From NCBI GenBank assembly GCA_050331235.1, contig JBHJHA010000041.1, positions 1-64,000 of the forward strand: 64,000 nt of DNA. The letters run 5' to 3'. The position numbers and the translations under genes are program-made. Below the pieces are notes generated by a model. The model had not been told where the DNA came from and searched no databases. It saw nothing but the letters and a program-made list of their open reading frames with translations. The first letter of the stretch is position 1. Every line of letters begins with the position of its first letter. Below, piece by piece: positions 20,766 to 30,558 of the stretch. Origin of the DNA: Leptolyngbyaceae cyanobacterium. GTDB lineage: Bacteria; Cyanobacteriota; Cyanobacteriia; Phormidesmidales; Phormidesmidaceae.

Positions 20766-20968
20766 AATGCGTTCGGCCACTTCGCTACCCACGTATCAGC
20801 CAACTCCAAACGTGGTTTCGCGATTGCACAGCCCGGTCAACCCCGGTCTCGATATCGGCAAAATCTGCAATATCTGTGACAATAACAAAGCAACAGGCAA
20901 ATTACGACTCAGACAGGTTTAGCGTCAGTTTTTCAACTCTTTTTGCAACTAATTTTTGAAGCGGTGAT

Positions 20969-21511
20969 ATGCAAGATACCAATCTATTGCTGACTTACCT
21001 GGTGACACTGCTGGTGTTGCTGAGTATCGCGGCCCTCTTGGTCATTCGTCAGGTCTTCAAAACCCGACGGGTTGAAGGTACCCTCAATCGCCTCCAAGCC
21101 AAACTTTCTAAAGAGCCCGGCACTGCCCAAGAGCATTACGAATTGGGCAGCCTGATGCTCGACAAAAAGCTCTATTCTCAGGCAATTGTGCAGCTAAAAC
21201 AGGCTCTGAAACTGCTAGATCCAGAGGAATCTGAAGTGGCAGCGTTGGTTTACAACGCCTTAGGATTTGCCTACTTTGCCCAAGAGCAATACGACATGGC
21301 GATTCGCCAATACAAATCGGCTTTAGAGATTGCCCCGGAATACGTCACCGCGCTCAACAATATTGGGCATAGCTACGAGCGCAAGCAGTTGATCGCCCAG
21401 TCTCTAGAGGCTTACGAAAAGGTTTTGACCTTGGAGCCTGAGAACAAAACCGCCAAGCGACGAGCAGAATCCCTCCGTAAGCGCCTCGCACCAGCGGGAC
21501 AGGATGCTTAA
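20969..21511 (+). CDS. Membrane-anchored TPR protein, Ycf37-like PSI assembly factor
   Basis: N-terminal TM helix followed by three TPR-like repeats (YELG..., YNALGFAY..., LNNIGHSY...). Confidence 0.75.
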   Translation: MQDTNLLLTYLVTLLVLLSIAALLVIRQVFKTRRVEGTLNRLQAKLSKEPGTAQEHYELGSLMLDKKLYSQAIVQLKQALKLLDPEESEVAALVYNALGFAYFAQEQYDMAIRQYKSALEIAPEYVTALNNIGHSYERKQLIAQSLEAYEKVLTLEPENKTAKRRAESLRKRLAPAGQDA

Positions 21512-21694
21512 AACGATTGCGGTGAGTGGCCCGATGCGCACTGTTTAGAACTGTTCGAAAAAGTCTTTCCTGCGGCTGTCCTTTACTTTTTTAACCGTCT
21601 GTTGTGCCCGTCCTGATGAGTGAATCCCGGCGAGTAACCGATGATAGGGTTGGAACAAGATGTGTTCTTCTCAGATCGGGTGAGACAAAAGATC

Positions 21695-22624
21695 ATGGCA
21701 TTAACTCGAAGACAGCTAATTGGGGGCAGCGTCGGCATCGGCATCGGCATCGGGCTCGCCTCCAGCCGTCGAGCCGCCATGGCCCAGCCATCGATTGAGG
21801 TGAGGACCGTCGAGGAACTAGTAACGGCGATCGCCCCCAATCGCACCCTACAGCTGACACGGGGCAAATTCACCCTTTCCGATTTAGACTCTAGTTGGCG
21901 TAGTCCCTATGCCCGGTTTGAATCGGTGTACGACGGCTACGAACTCGTGATTACCGATGTCGATAATTTGCGCCTCGTCGGTACGAATAGTCGTCAATCA
22001 CGGCTCCTGACGCATCCCCGATATGCGGACGTCCTTAAGTTTCAAAACTGCCGCAATGTTCAGATCACTGATTTAGAACTTGCCCATACGTCCACCGCTG
22101 GTTTTTGTCGCGGCGGCGTTCTGAGCTTTGTCGATAGCGCCGACGTTCAGCTCGAGCGCTGTGTTCTCTACGGCAGCGGCACCCACGGCATCGAAGCTGA
22201 CGGCTTGAATGGCCTCTACTGCTTGCATGTCAACATTCGAGACTGTACCTACGGCATCCTGTGCCTCAACCGCGCCCGCGACATAGATTTTGAATCTTGT
22301 CAGTTTTTCAGCAATCGGGGCTTCTCCATGATTGGCTTGAACCAGTGCCAGACTGTGCGCTTTTTTGACTGCTTGATGTACGACAACCGTGTGGATCTGA
22401 TTGCCGGCATGCCGCCCACTGGCGATGACTTTATGTTTAACGTAGTAGCCAGTGATGGGGTCGAGCTTGAGCGGTGCACCCTACAAGACAATCTAGTCAC
22501 TTATCTGGCTACCCATCCAGAGGCGATCGCCCTGCGCGATACGACAATCGTTGGTAATACCTTTACTAACAGTCTGTATCCGACCGACGGCGGTTATCAA
22601 AGTCCCCCTCTGTGCCCGATCTAA
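21695..22624 (+). CDS. Tat-exported right-handed parallel beta-helix repeat protein
   Basis: TRRQLIGG twin-arginine signal with AMA cleavage site; repeated Cys/Asn-containing beta-strand units. Confidence 0.75.
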   Translation: MALTRRQLIGGSVGIGIGIGLASSRRAAMAQPSIEVRTVEELVTAIAPNRTLQLTRGKFTLSDLDSSWRSPYARFESVYDGYELVITDVDNLRLVGTNSRQSRLLTHPRYADVLKFQNCRNVQITDLELAHTSTAGFCRGGVLSFVDSADVQLERCVLYGSGTHGIEADGLNGLYCLHVNIRDCTYGILCLNRARDIDFESCQFFSNRGFSMIGLNQCQTVRFFDCLMYDNRVDLIAGMPPTGDDFMFNVVASDGVELERCTLQDNLVTYLATHPEAIALRDTTIVGNTFTNSLYPTDGGYQSPPLCPI

Positions 22625-22836
22625 GCCTTGGCTTAAGGTGACATAGACATCAGCACAACCAGCACTTTGCGGTCATGGCGGCAATTACAGGCGGCTGGCC
22701 TAGCAGAAAGCGTGCTCATTTGGTTTGAATGCGATATCGTCTTACCATCCACATCTAGCGTGATGTGACAATTTGCTTGCATTTATCAAAAATCCACATA
22801 TCCTTGTGTCGAAGGGGAACCCGTGGGGGAAGAGCT

Positions 22837-25095
22837 ATGAGACCCCGTAACCGTCAAAGTGCTAAATATAGATTTGATCTATGGAACTTACCGTCCGTTG
22901 CCGCGATTGTAGGCACGGCTGCCGTCGTGGCGATCGTCACGCCGGTCAGGGCAGCTGTTCTCAACGACTGGACGTTTGATCCAGCCTCCCGTCAGTTCAA
23001 TCTGACCTTGCCGGCGAACATCACACCCCAGTTTTTTCTGCTGGCGGAACCGGCTCGCATCGTACTAGAAGTGCCCGGTACCACCCTAGGGAATGCCCAG
23101 GTGGCAGAACAGTACAGTGGCACCGTTCGTAGTATTCGATTATCAGAGGTCACTGGCGGCACGCGGGTTGTCATCGAGCTTGCCCCCAACACTCGTCTAG
23201 ACCCTCGCCACGCTGAGCTGATAGCCACCGATTTAGGCAATGGGCAAATTCGCTGGACCCTGGTGCCTTTGCTTCAGGACACCCCAGCGGCTCCAATTGC
23301 AGCAGCGCCGACGCCAGAGGCAGCAGCTCAGGCTCCCACGCCAGCGCCAGCGCCACCGGAACTCGACGAGCCTATCGTCCGCTCTGAGCCCGTGGACGCC
23401 GCCGCCCCCGTAACGGATACCGCTAATGGGCCGGAGGCTGATACGGAGACAGCCTCGCCGCATGATGAAGCAGCGGAGGCTGATGCGGCCGAAGCCGAGT
23501 CTCCTATCGCTGAGACCGTAACCGAAGCGATCGCTCCCGCCCCGCCCCCCACGAGAAGGCCAGCGGAAGCCCCGGCGGAGTTACCTTCGCTGCCAGACAT
23601 TGCTGCCTCAGCCACCGTTGGTGCAGTGCAAGCGCTACCGACAGGGCCCGATCCATTAGCTGGGGTTAGCACTAGTGCCGCTGATTTAGAAGGACTGACC
23701 ACCGGCAATCTGGATGCCCTGCCATCAGGGGAAATTCCCATCGACCCATTTGCTGATCCAGCATCGGCATCCGTCTCGGTGCCATCCCTAGCCGACACCG
23801 ATAGCACCCCAGCCCCAGCTGTTACCGTGCCGTCCATTGCCAGCATCCCCGATACGCCATCGGCGCCGACTTCTAGCCCTACTGTCCCGCCAGATATTGT
23901 CACTGACGTGCCGCCTGAGCAAGTCCGGCCCCCGGGCTCAACCGATCCCCTCGCAACGACTCCATCTGACGTGCCGCCACCGCCGGCTGAAAGTACGGCC
24001 AATGTGCCTGCCAGCAATCCCCCAGATAGTGCAGTCATTACCGTGCCACCACCGACCGAGGCCAATGATCTGCCCTCGGCTCCGATCGCGGCAACAGAGC
24101 CCAGCCCCGCACCGCCGCTAGCTCCGGTAGTCCCACCCCCAGCAGTAACAGCCGCCAACTCTTTAGAGATTCCGACGATCCCGTTACCGCCTGATAGTTG
24201 GGAAAATCCCGAGTTAGCAGAGGCGGAGCCCAGTCAGGTCCGGCCTCCGGAACCAGCCGCGATCGCCCAGGCACCGACGACGATCACGGTTCCACCCCCA
24301 ACTGCGTCAGCCCCGTCACCCGTTGCTCCAACGGCCAGCCCTGACGACGACACCAAGCCGCCGTTTTTACCGCCGCCGCCAGCCCCGACAGCGACCTCAG
24401 ACGACGCCCTGCCGCCACCCCCAACCGTGATTCCCAGCGAGGCCGCATCTATTCCGCCACCGCCGAATGCCGTGGGCGGCAATACCTTGGTACCTTTTGG
24501 CGCTCCTTTGCCGCAAACAAAATCCCTCGACGAGTCCAGTAACTCAGGGCTGTATGGCTACAGTTCTCTGCTGCCAGTCGGCACGCGTTTGCCACTACAG
24601 TATGGGGGCACGAATCCGTTAGCCCTCCCAGAGGCTGCTCCCGTGTATGAGGTCTTGACCGTTGCCGGAGACGTTTACGATACGGAAACTGGGGTGTTGC
24701 TGCTGCCAGCGGGAACACAAGTCCTCGGGAGATTTGAAGGGTTTGACGAGAGTGGGCGCCGCTTTGTCACCCAGACCGTGATTTACGGGCGCGATCGTCT
24801 ACCGCTACTCGCCGAGTCTGACTGGTTAGTCGGTGACTCACAACCTAACGGGACTAATGTCGCTTTGGGCTCCAGCATTGGCGCAGCAGCGGTCACACTA
24901 CTCGCTGGCTTTTCTGGGGTGGGGCTGGTGGGCGGAGCCGCAATGGGGGCTGCTGCTGGCTTCGCCGAATCGCCCTCCTTGGTGACGGTTGAGCCGGGAG
25001 CCATCATCGAAGTTGAGGTCGTTTCCGACATTTTGCCCTTCAACGATGCTCCGGATGTCACCCGCGCCTATCGCGAGCGGGATACTTTACGTTAG
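22837..25095 (+). CDS. AMIN-domain protein with long Pro/Ala/Thr-rich linker and C-terminal TrbI-like/glycine-zipper region
   Basis: Signal-like helix; PQFFLLAEPARIVLEVPGT...TRVVIEL (AMIN); long low-complexity region; LLPAGTQVLGRF and GAAAVTLLAGFSGVGLVGGAAMGAAAG. Confidence 0.8.
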   Translation: MRPRNRQSAKYRFDLWNLPSVAAIVGTAAVVAIVTPVRAAVLNDWTFDPASRQFNLTLPANITPQFFLLAEPARIVLEVPGTTLGNAQVAEQYSGTVRSIRLSEVTGGTRVVIELAPNTRLDPRHAELIATDLGNGQIRWTLVPLLQDTPAAPIAAAPTPEAAAQAPTPAPAPPELDEPIVRSEPVDAAAPVTDTANGPEADTETASPHDEAAEADAAEAESPIAETVTEAIAPAPPPTRRPAEAPAELPSLPDIAASATVGAVQALPTGPDPLAGVSTSAADLEGLTTGNLDALPSGEIPIDPFADPASASVSVPSLADTDSTPAPAVTVPSIASIPDTPSAPTSSPTVPPDIVTDVPPEQVRPPGSTDPLATTPSDVPPPPAESTANVPASNPPDSAVITVPPPTEANDLPSAPIAATEPSPAPPLAPVVPPPAVTAANSLEIPTIPLPPDSWENPELAEAEPSQVRPPEPAAIAQAPTTITVPPPTASAPSPVAPTASPDDDTKPPFLPPPPAPTATSDDALPPPPTVIPSEAASIPPPPNAVGGNTLVPFGAPLPQTKSLDESSNSGLYGYSSLLPVGTRLPLQYGGTNPLALPEAAPVYEVLTVAGDVYDTETGVLLLPAGTQVLGRFEGFDESGRRFVTQTVIYGRDRLPLLAESDWLVGDSQPNGTNVALGSSIGAAAVTLLAGFSGVGLVGGAAMGAAAGFAESPSLVTVEPGAIIEVEVVSDILPFNDAPDVTRAYRERDTLR

Positions 25096-25410
25096 CGATA
25101 TTTGACACAGCAAAAATACCCCCATGCTGATCACGATGGTCAGCAAAAGATTTTGGTGCCAAAACCCGATCACGATCGCCGCGATCGCCCCCCACAGGCG
25201 AGGGTTTTGCCAACTCAGCCACACATCACCGTTTTCGACCACAACAGCCGGTACGATGATCGCCGTCAGCACCGCTGGCGGCACATAGTTGAGGGCTTGC
25301 AATAAGCGCGCTGGCAGTTTAAGGCGACCACTCATAGCCAGCACGACAGACCGAATGGTGAAAGTCACCAACGCCATACCGCCAATGAGTATCCCTTCTT
25401 GAGCATTCAT
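25087..25410 (-). CDS. azlD: AzlD domain branched-chain amino acid exporter, small subunit
   Basis: [16 protein letters not shown]; overlaps the azlC stop. Confidence 0.88.
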   Translation of the reverse strand: MNAQEGILIGGMALVTFTIRSVVLAMSGRLKLPARLLQALNYVPPAVLTAIIVPAVVVENGDVWLSWQNPRLWGAIAAIVIGFWHQNLLLTIVISMGVFLLCQISLT

Positions 25411-26153
25411 GGGGTGCGTACCTCTTTTGATAGCTGATTTTCCAAACCGACACCAACTGTAATACCGAGCACCGCTGCCACCAAGATACCGAGTTGATGC
25501 GGCAGCGATCGCGCCAGCACAGCAGTCATGCCTGCGACCACCACCGTCGCCACCATGGGCCGAGACGTTAAGTAAGGAATGGTCATGCCGATGAAGGTAG
25601 CAACCATGGCAAAGTCCAACCCCCAGTTGGCCGCGTTGGGGAGACTTTGGCCTAGGGTGAGTCCCACCCAGGTACAGAGTTGCCAGTTGCTATACATTGC
25701 CACCGCTGAACCAAGCTGAAACCAATGCTTATAAGGAGAGCGATCGCGTTGCTGATACCGCTGAATCGCCACCATAAAGGTTTCATCCGTCAGCCAAAAT
25801 CCTAAGATGGCCTTCCAGCGCTGCGACAATGGCTGTAAATGCGGCACTAAACCGATGGCGTAAAGCAAGTGACGCAGGTTGACCACAAACGTCGTCAAAA
25901 CGATGATCCCCACTGGAGATCCGGCCCCCAACAGCCCCAGCGCAATGAATTGAGATGAGCCGGCCAAGACAAAAGCCGACAAGGCCATTGCCCCCGTCGC
26001 CGATAGGCCATTAGTCGACGCCAACGTACCAAAAATGATGCCAAACGGAATCGCCCCCACAATCAGGGGAATAGTTTGCCGTGCCCCCGCCCAAAACTCG
26101 CTGCGAGGAGTTGATTGAGCCGCTGGACCAGATGCGATCGCCATGTTCCTCAT
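25407..26153 (-). CDS. azlC: AzlC family branched-chain amino acid exporter permease
   Basis: [20 protein letters not shown] and GLDFAM motifs. Confidence 0.93.
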   Translation of the reverse strand: MRNMAIASGPAAQSTPRSEFWAGARQTIPLIVGAIPFGIIFGTLASTNGLSATGAMALSAFVLAGSSQFIALGLLGAGSPVGIIVLTTFVVNLRHLLYAIGLVPHLQPLSQRWKAILGFWLTDETFMVAIQRYQQRDRSPYKHWFQLGSAVAMYSNWQLCTWVGLTLGQSLPNAANWGLDFAMVATFIGMTIPYLTSRPMVATVVVAGMTAVLARSLPHQLGILVAAVLGITVGVGLENQLSKEVRTP

Positions 26154-26201
26154 ACTGCCTAAATTTGCCTAGGCCTATACTATCCAGGGCAAATCAAAGC
26201 C

Positions 26202-26220
26202 GTCTTGAACGTTTTTTCAA
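26202..26220 (-). promoter_or_regulatory. Candidate AraC-family operator upstream of azlC
   Basis: Minus-strand TTGAAAAAACGTTCAAGAC resembles the (G)CAA-N-TTCAAGAC boxes I recall downstream of AraC genes that precede azlC-like exporters (recollection, not a search). Confidence 0.4.
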
Positions 26221-26293
26221 ACCTTCGGTGAGCTGTCAGCTCCTGCAATCCCAGCCAGATGTCCCGATCCTTCAGCGCTAGCCAAACCATTGG

Positions 26294-26731
26294 CTACGGG
26301 GCAGCCCCAGGAACGTCCTCAGACTCCGCCAGCTCCGCATTGGGCCGTAGCACCAACAACCCTAGGGCGATCGCCTCAGGGACGAGAGCCGCGATCGCCG
26401 CAAATTTCAATAACCAAGCCTCCCTAGCGGTAAATAGACCGCCAAGATAGCCCAGATGTGCCGACAAAATATCCGTCGTGTCAATGGCAATGCAGGCCCA
26501 CAGTAACCCCCTTACCGTATTTTTGTGAGCTAGCGCTACCACGACGGCAAGCACCACATCTCTGATGGCCCAAACTCGAACGACATAGGGAGCCTGCAAA
26601 TTGACTGCCACTGGTATGTGCAATTGCTTTAGCAACCACATGGGGGCAAGGTAGCCCACCGCGCTCAAACTAAAGCGAATCAAACACATACCCCCAATCA
26701 ACAGAGCAACGAACCAGACTTGACCTCTCAT
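26294..26731 (-). CDS. Small membrane protein (DUF4267-like)
   Basis: About 4 TM helices; RVWAIRDVVLA and AIDTTD; divergent from an HxlR-type regulator. Confidence 0.6.
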   Translation of the reverse strand: MRGQVWFVALLIGGMCLIRFSLSAVGYLAPMWLLKQLHIPVAVNLQAPYVVRVWAIRDVVLAVVVALAHKNTVRGLLWACIAIDTTDILSAHLGYLGGLFTAREAWLLKFAAIAALVPEAIALGLLVLRPNAELAESEDVPGAAP

Positions 26732-26785
26732 CTTCTTCCCCCCTATCAACAAGTTAAGCAACGATAACTAGACCCTAAAGGGGTC

Positions 26786-26820
26786 AGTTACTAAAGTAAA
26801 GTAGTGATTTTTTAGTAACT
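26786..26820. promoter_or_regulatory. Inverted repeat, candidate HxlR-family operator
   Basis: Perfect AGTTACTAAA-N15-TTTAGTAACT between the divergent genes. Confidence 0.6.
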
Positions 26821-26822
26821 CG

Positions 26823-27188
26823 ATGCCAAGGGAGAAATTCATAAACCTAATTCATAAACCTATGGTGAACTCGGAGTGTGCCCCGTTAGAAAAGCTACTC
26901 AACCAAATCTCTGGGCAGTGGACAATGTATATTTTGTGGATTTTAGACACTCACGGCACCCTACGCTTTGGAGAATTGAGGCGCAAAGTTGATGGCATCT
27001 CGCCCAAGATGCTGACCCAGCGTTTGCGAAAGCTAGAGGCGATCGGGATCATCCATCGTCATTACGAGCCCACCATTCCGCCACAGGTTTCCTACGAGCT
27101 AACAGCCCGCGGGCAGGAACTTTCAAAACCGCTGTATGAACTGTGCGAATTAGCTTCGCGCTGGTACGGCGAAGCAGCAGCCCCGTAA
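26823..27188 (+). CDS. HxlR-family winged-helix transcriptional regulator
   Basis: CAPLE...GQWT..IL, LRFGELRR..DGISPKMLTQRLRKLE, PPQVSYELT. Confidence 0.92.
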   Translation: MPREKFINLIHKPMVNSECAPLEKLLNQISGQWTMYILWILDTHGTLRFGELRRKVDGISPKMLTQRLRKLEAIGIIHRHYEPTIPPQVSYELTARGQELSKPLYELCELASRWYGEAAAP

Positions 27189-27273
27189 CCTGACCCATCA
27201 GCCTCCAGCTTTCCAGGTGTCCTATTCGCGCGACAGCGGCAGCCAAGCCTAGAGAACAGGTAAACGAGTTGAC

Positions 27274-28090
27274 TTAGCAGCCTTGCTGATATTGTCCTGG
27301 GGTGACGCCGACCATGCGTTTAAAGTGGCGATTGAGATGACTCTGATCAGCAAAGCCAGTCGCAGCAGCCACTTCAGACAGCGCGAGCCCTTCACTAATC
27401 AGCTGTTTGGCTTGCCGCACGCGAATCTGAATGAGGTAGCGGTGGGGGGGCAGGCCCCAAGCTTTGCGACAGAGGCGAAGCAACTGGAGTGGAGAAACGT
27501 CCACTGCACTAGCTAGGTCAGCTAATCGGATAGCATCCTGATGGTGACGCTGTAAGTAGGCCTGGGCCTGCTCGATAACCAGCGATGGGGGCTGAATTGG
27601 GAGAACGGGCGATCGCAACTCTCCGTGGCGATGAATCAATTGCGACAAAAACCACAGCAGCCGCGATTCTCGCTCTAAGGGGGGCGCGTTTTGTTCCAAA
27701 CACTGATGCAGTCGCCGAAACTGTCCAACAATGGCAGGATCAGCAATAATCGGCTCAGGGAAAAACGGCGTCATGGCGGGGTACCCGAGTTCAGCCGCCG
27801 CTTTTTGCATCAGACTCACATCCGGATACGTCATACGATATTGCCAGCCGGCCTCCACAGCCGCTTGCCCCGTATGGACTTCGCCCGGATGGATAATAAA
27901 CCAACGTATCGGCCGGTGCCTGGTAAGCGCAGCCCAGATAGTCAAACGCCTCAACGCCTGACTCAATGATGCCGATGGCATATCCTTCATGGGTGTGACG
28001 ACTAAACGCATGGTGCACATAGGTGGCCTTTAGCACCTCCATATTGGCCAGTGCCGTATCTCGCCAAAATGTGACCTGTTCTTTGCCCAT
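27274..28090 (-). pseudogene. AraC-family transcriptional regulator with a single-base frameshift
   Basis: The N-terminal AraC-binding domain (FSRHTHEGYAIG...APADTLV) and its continuation (IIHPGEVHTG...FADQSHLNRHFKR...TPGQY) lie in different frames. Removing one T from GTT-T-ATT (AAA at 27898-27900 on +) restores one ORF. Confidence 0.85.
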
Positions 28091-28241
28091 ATCCACCCAA
28101 TGACTGCAGATGCATTTTTCTCAGGGTATCGCATTGCTAAACCAGCATTTTTGTTCAGCGATGCGTAATCCCCCGTTCCCAAAAGCAGTGAACTTGATAG
28201 GATGAAATCACTCGAATAGCGACACAAAGAGGTTTTTGCCC

Positions 28242-28823
28242 ATGGTCATGGTCAGCTCCACCATGCTGGAACTGGGAACTCCAGCCCCTGACTTTACTTT
28301 GCCTGATGTGGTTTCTGGAGAGACTATTTCGCTGTCAACCTTTGCTGACAAGCCGGCGCTGGTCGTGATGTTCATTTGTCAACACTGCCCTTTCGTCAAG
28401 CATGTGCAGGATGAACTGGCCAACATCGGCCAGGACTATGTCCCTAAAGGGGTCGGGGTGCTGGCGGTGAGTGCCAACAGCGTACAAACCCATCCCCAAG
28501 ATGCCCCAGAGCATTTGAAGACCATGGCCGAAACGTTGAAGTTCAACTTTCCCTATGGCTATGACGAATCTCAGGCAATGGCCAAAAGCTATACCGCAGC
28601 CTGTACCCCAGACTTTTTTGTGTTTGATGACGATCGCAAACTGGCCTATCGGGGACAGCTGGACGACAGCCGCCCTGGCAATGACGTTGCCGTTACGGGT
28701 AAAGACTTGCGAGCTGCGATCGACGCAGTCTTAGCAGGGAGACCCTTGAGCCCAGAGCAAAAGCCTAGCATCGGCTGCAACATCAAATGGACTCCCGGGA
28801 ACGAGCCTGACTATTTTGGCTAG
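28242..28823 (+). CDS. Thioredoxin family (AhpC/TSA, PRX-like) protein
   Basis: APDFTLPD, CQHCPFV, AACTPDFF, YRGQLDDSRP and SIGCNIKW. Confidence 0.92.
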   Translation: MVMVSSTMLELGTPAPDFTLPDVVSGETISLSTFADKPALVVMFICQHCPFVKHVQDELANIGQDYVPKGVGVLAVSANSVQTHPQDAPEHLKTMAETLKFNFPYGYDESQAMAKSYTAACTPDFFVFDDDRKLAYRGQLDDSRPGNDVAVTGKDLRAAIDAVLAGRPLSPEQKPSIGCNIKWTPGNEPDYFG

Positions 28824-28937
28824 GTGGCAAGCCCAAAAACGGGAAAGACGATGACTACCATTGCCCAGGTGATTGCCAAAAGCCCTTCCCCTTGAGTCTC
28901 GAGGAACTGCCGAATCTAGCAATATCAGCATGCTGCT

Positions 28938-29435
28938 ATGTCATCGCGATCGCTCCGCCGGGCTGTCCCGCGTCACCCATTAACCTTATGCGCCAGCCTA
29001 GTGGAAAATCCGATGAATTTGGGGGCGTTGTGCCGCACCGCTGAGGTTTGGCACTTACAGTCACTGGTAGTCGCTAATCAGACAGTGCTCAAATCTCGCG
29101 AACTGCGGCGAGTCGCGGTCTCCGCTGAGCAATGGCAGCCTATCGATATCTGTCCGCTACCCCGTCTACCTGAATGGATTAGACAGCAGCAGCGGCAGCA
29201 GGTGCAGGTGATTGCGTTGACGCGGCATCCCACCGCGATCGCCTTGCCCCACTTTGGATTCGCGCCACGGGCGGCTATTCTGCTCGGTCGGGAGTTGACC
29301 GGCATTCCCCCCACGCTGATGCAGCAGTGTAACGCGACTGTCGAAATTCCCCAGTGGGGGCAGGTCGAATCGCTCAACGTCGGCACCGCCGGGGCGATCG
29401 CAGCCTACGAGTATCTACGTCAGCATGCGGTTTAG
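28938..29435 (+). CDS. TrmH/SpoU family RNA methyltransferase
   Basis: NPMNLGALCRTAE, LGRELTGI and IPQWGQVESLNV SPOUT motifs. Confidence 0.9.
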   Translation: MSSRSLRRAVPRHPLTLCASLVENPMNLGALCRTAEVWHLQSLVVANQTVLKSRELRRVAVSAEQWQPIDICPLPRLPEWIRQQQRQQVQVIALTRHPTAIALPHFGFAPRAAILLGRELTGIPPTLMQQCNATVEIPQWGQVESLNVGTAGAIAAYEYLRQHAV

Positions 29436-29527
29436 CATTCCTGCCAGCGGTCCCTTATCTTAGAAGCAGCTGTCCAGCGTTTTTCCTGGCGGTTAGTGAG
29501 TCATTCATTTAGGAGGCTGCAGTCGTT

Positions 29528-30493
29528 ATGACCGCCACAGTTTCTCTGATCAAAGCGCAGAGCTACGCCCCCGATGCTGTAATTGCCAAATTAGAAGCGG
29601 TGCTGGCTCCCTTAGGTGGCATGGGCGCGCTCGTCAAGCCCGGCGATCGCGTGTTGCTCAAGCCCAATTTGCTCACAGGCTCCCGACCAAAGAGTGAATG
29701 TGTGACTCGTCCCGAGATAGTTTACGCCGTAGCCACGCTAGTCAAGGGAGCGGGAGGACACCCTTTTTTAGGGGATAGCCCGGCCTTTGGGAGTGCCTAC
29801 GGTGTGGCTAAGGCCAACGGTTACTTACCCTGGCTAGAGCGCGCCCAGGTGACCGTCAAAGAGCTGCATGGGCAACGCTACGCCACAACCGCCAGTGGCG
29901 AACTGGCCCATCTCCGGCTTTCTCAAGAGGCCATGAACGCCGATGTAGTAATCAATCTGCCCAAGGTCAAGTCCCACGTTCAGCTAACGCTGACCCTGGG
30001 CGTCAAAAATTTGTTTGGCTGCGTGCCTGGCAAAATGAAGGCTTGGTGGCACATGGAAGCCGGTCAAGATCGCGATCGCTTTGGCACGATGCTGGTCGAA
30101 ACCGCCCGGGCGATCGCGCCCCAACTCACCATCATCGACGGCATCGTCGGCCATGGCGGCAACGGCCCAAGCAATGGCGCACCCTTTGCCCGAGGACTGT
30201 TAGGCGCATCCTCCGATGTCTTAGCCCTTGATCGAGCTCTGGTGGAGATTTTAGGGGCAGCCCCTGAGGACATTCCCACCGTGGCCCAGTCGATGCGGTT
30301 AGGTTACTGCCCTGAGCTGGCCGAGATCACCTTTCCGTTAGAACAACCAGCAGCATTGGAGATCGCCGACTGGCCATTGCCCTCGCACTTAGTCCCTATC
30401 GACTTTGGTATGCCGCGGGTGGTGCGATCAACCTTCAAGCATCTCTACATCCGCTTCATCAAAGAACCAATGACCGCCTACGCCAACCGCTAG
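29528..30493 (+). CDS. DUF362 domain-containing protein
   Basis: VLLKPNLL, INLPKVKSH, KNLFGCVPG and GNGPSNG motifs. Confidence 0.88.
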   Translation: MTATVSLIKAQSYAPDAVIAKLEAVLAPLGGMGALVKPGDRVLLKPNLLTGSRPKSECVTRPEIVYAVATLVKGAGGHPFLGDSPAFGSAYGVAKANGYLPWLERAQVTVKELHGQRYATTASGELAHLRLSQEAMNADVVINLPKVKSHVQLTLTLGVKNLFGCVPGKMKAWWHMEAGQDRDRFGTMLVETARAIAPQLTIIDGIVGHGGNGPSNGAPFARGLLGASSDVLALDRALVEILGAAPEDIPTVAQSMRLGYCPELAEITFPLEQPAALEIADWPLPSHLVPIDFGMPRVVRSTFKHLYIRFIKEPMTAYANR

Positions 30494-30558
30494 TAGGGAT
30501 GTGCCCTGCCGCTTCGACAAATCCCCAGCAACCCCACGACAGTTTTCGCCTACTCAAG

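Noticed and set aside
21546..21566. TAGAACTGTTCGAAAAAGTC resembles an IS/MITE terminal repeat
   Set aside because: No partner inverted repeat or transposase was found nearby.
21545..21640. CGAAA followed by CTGATGAG, suggestive of a hammerhead ribozyme
   Set aside because: The flanking sequences do not form the required stems I-III.
23328..24158. 276-aa Gly/Ala/Ser-rich ORF on the minus strand
   Set aside because: Antisense shadow of the Pro/Ala/Thr-rich AMIN protein linker.
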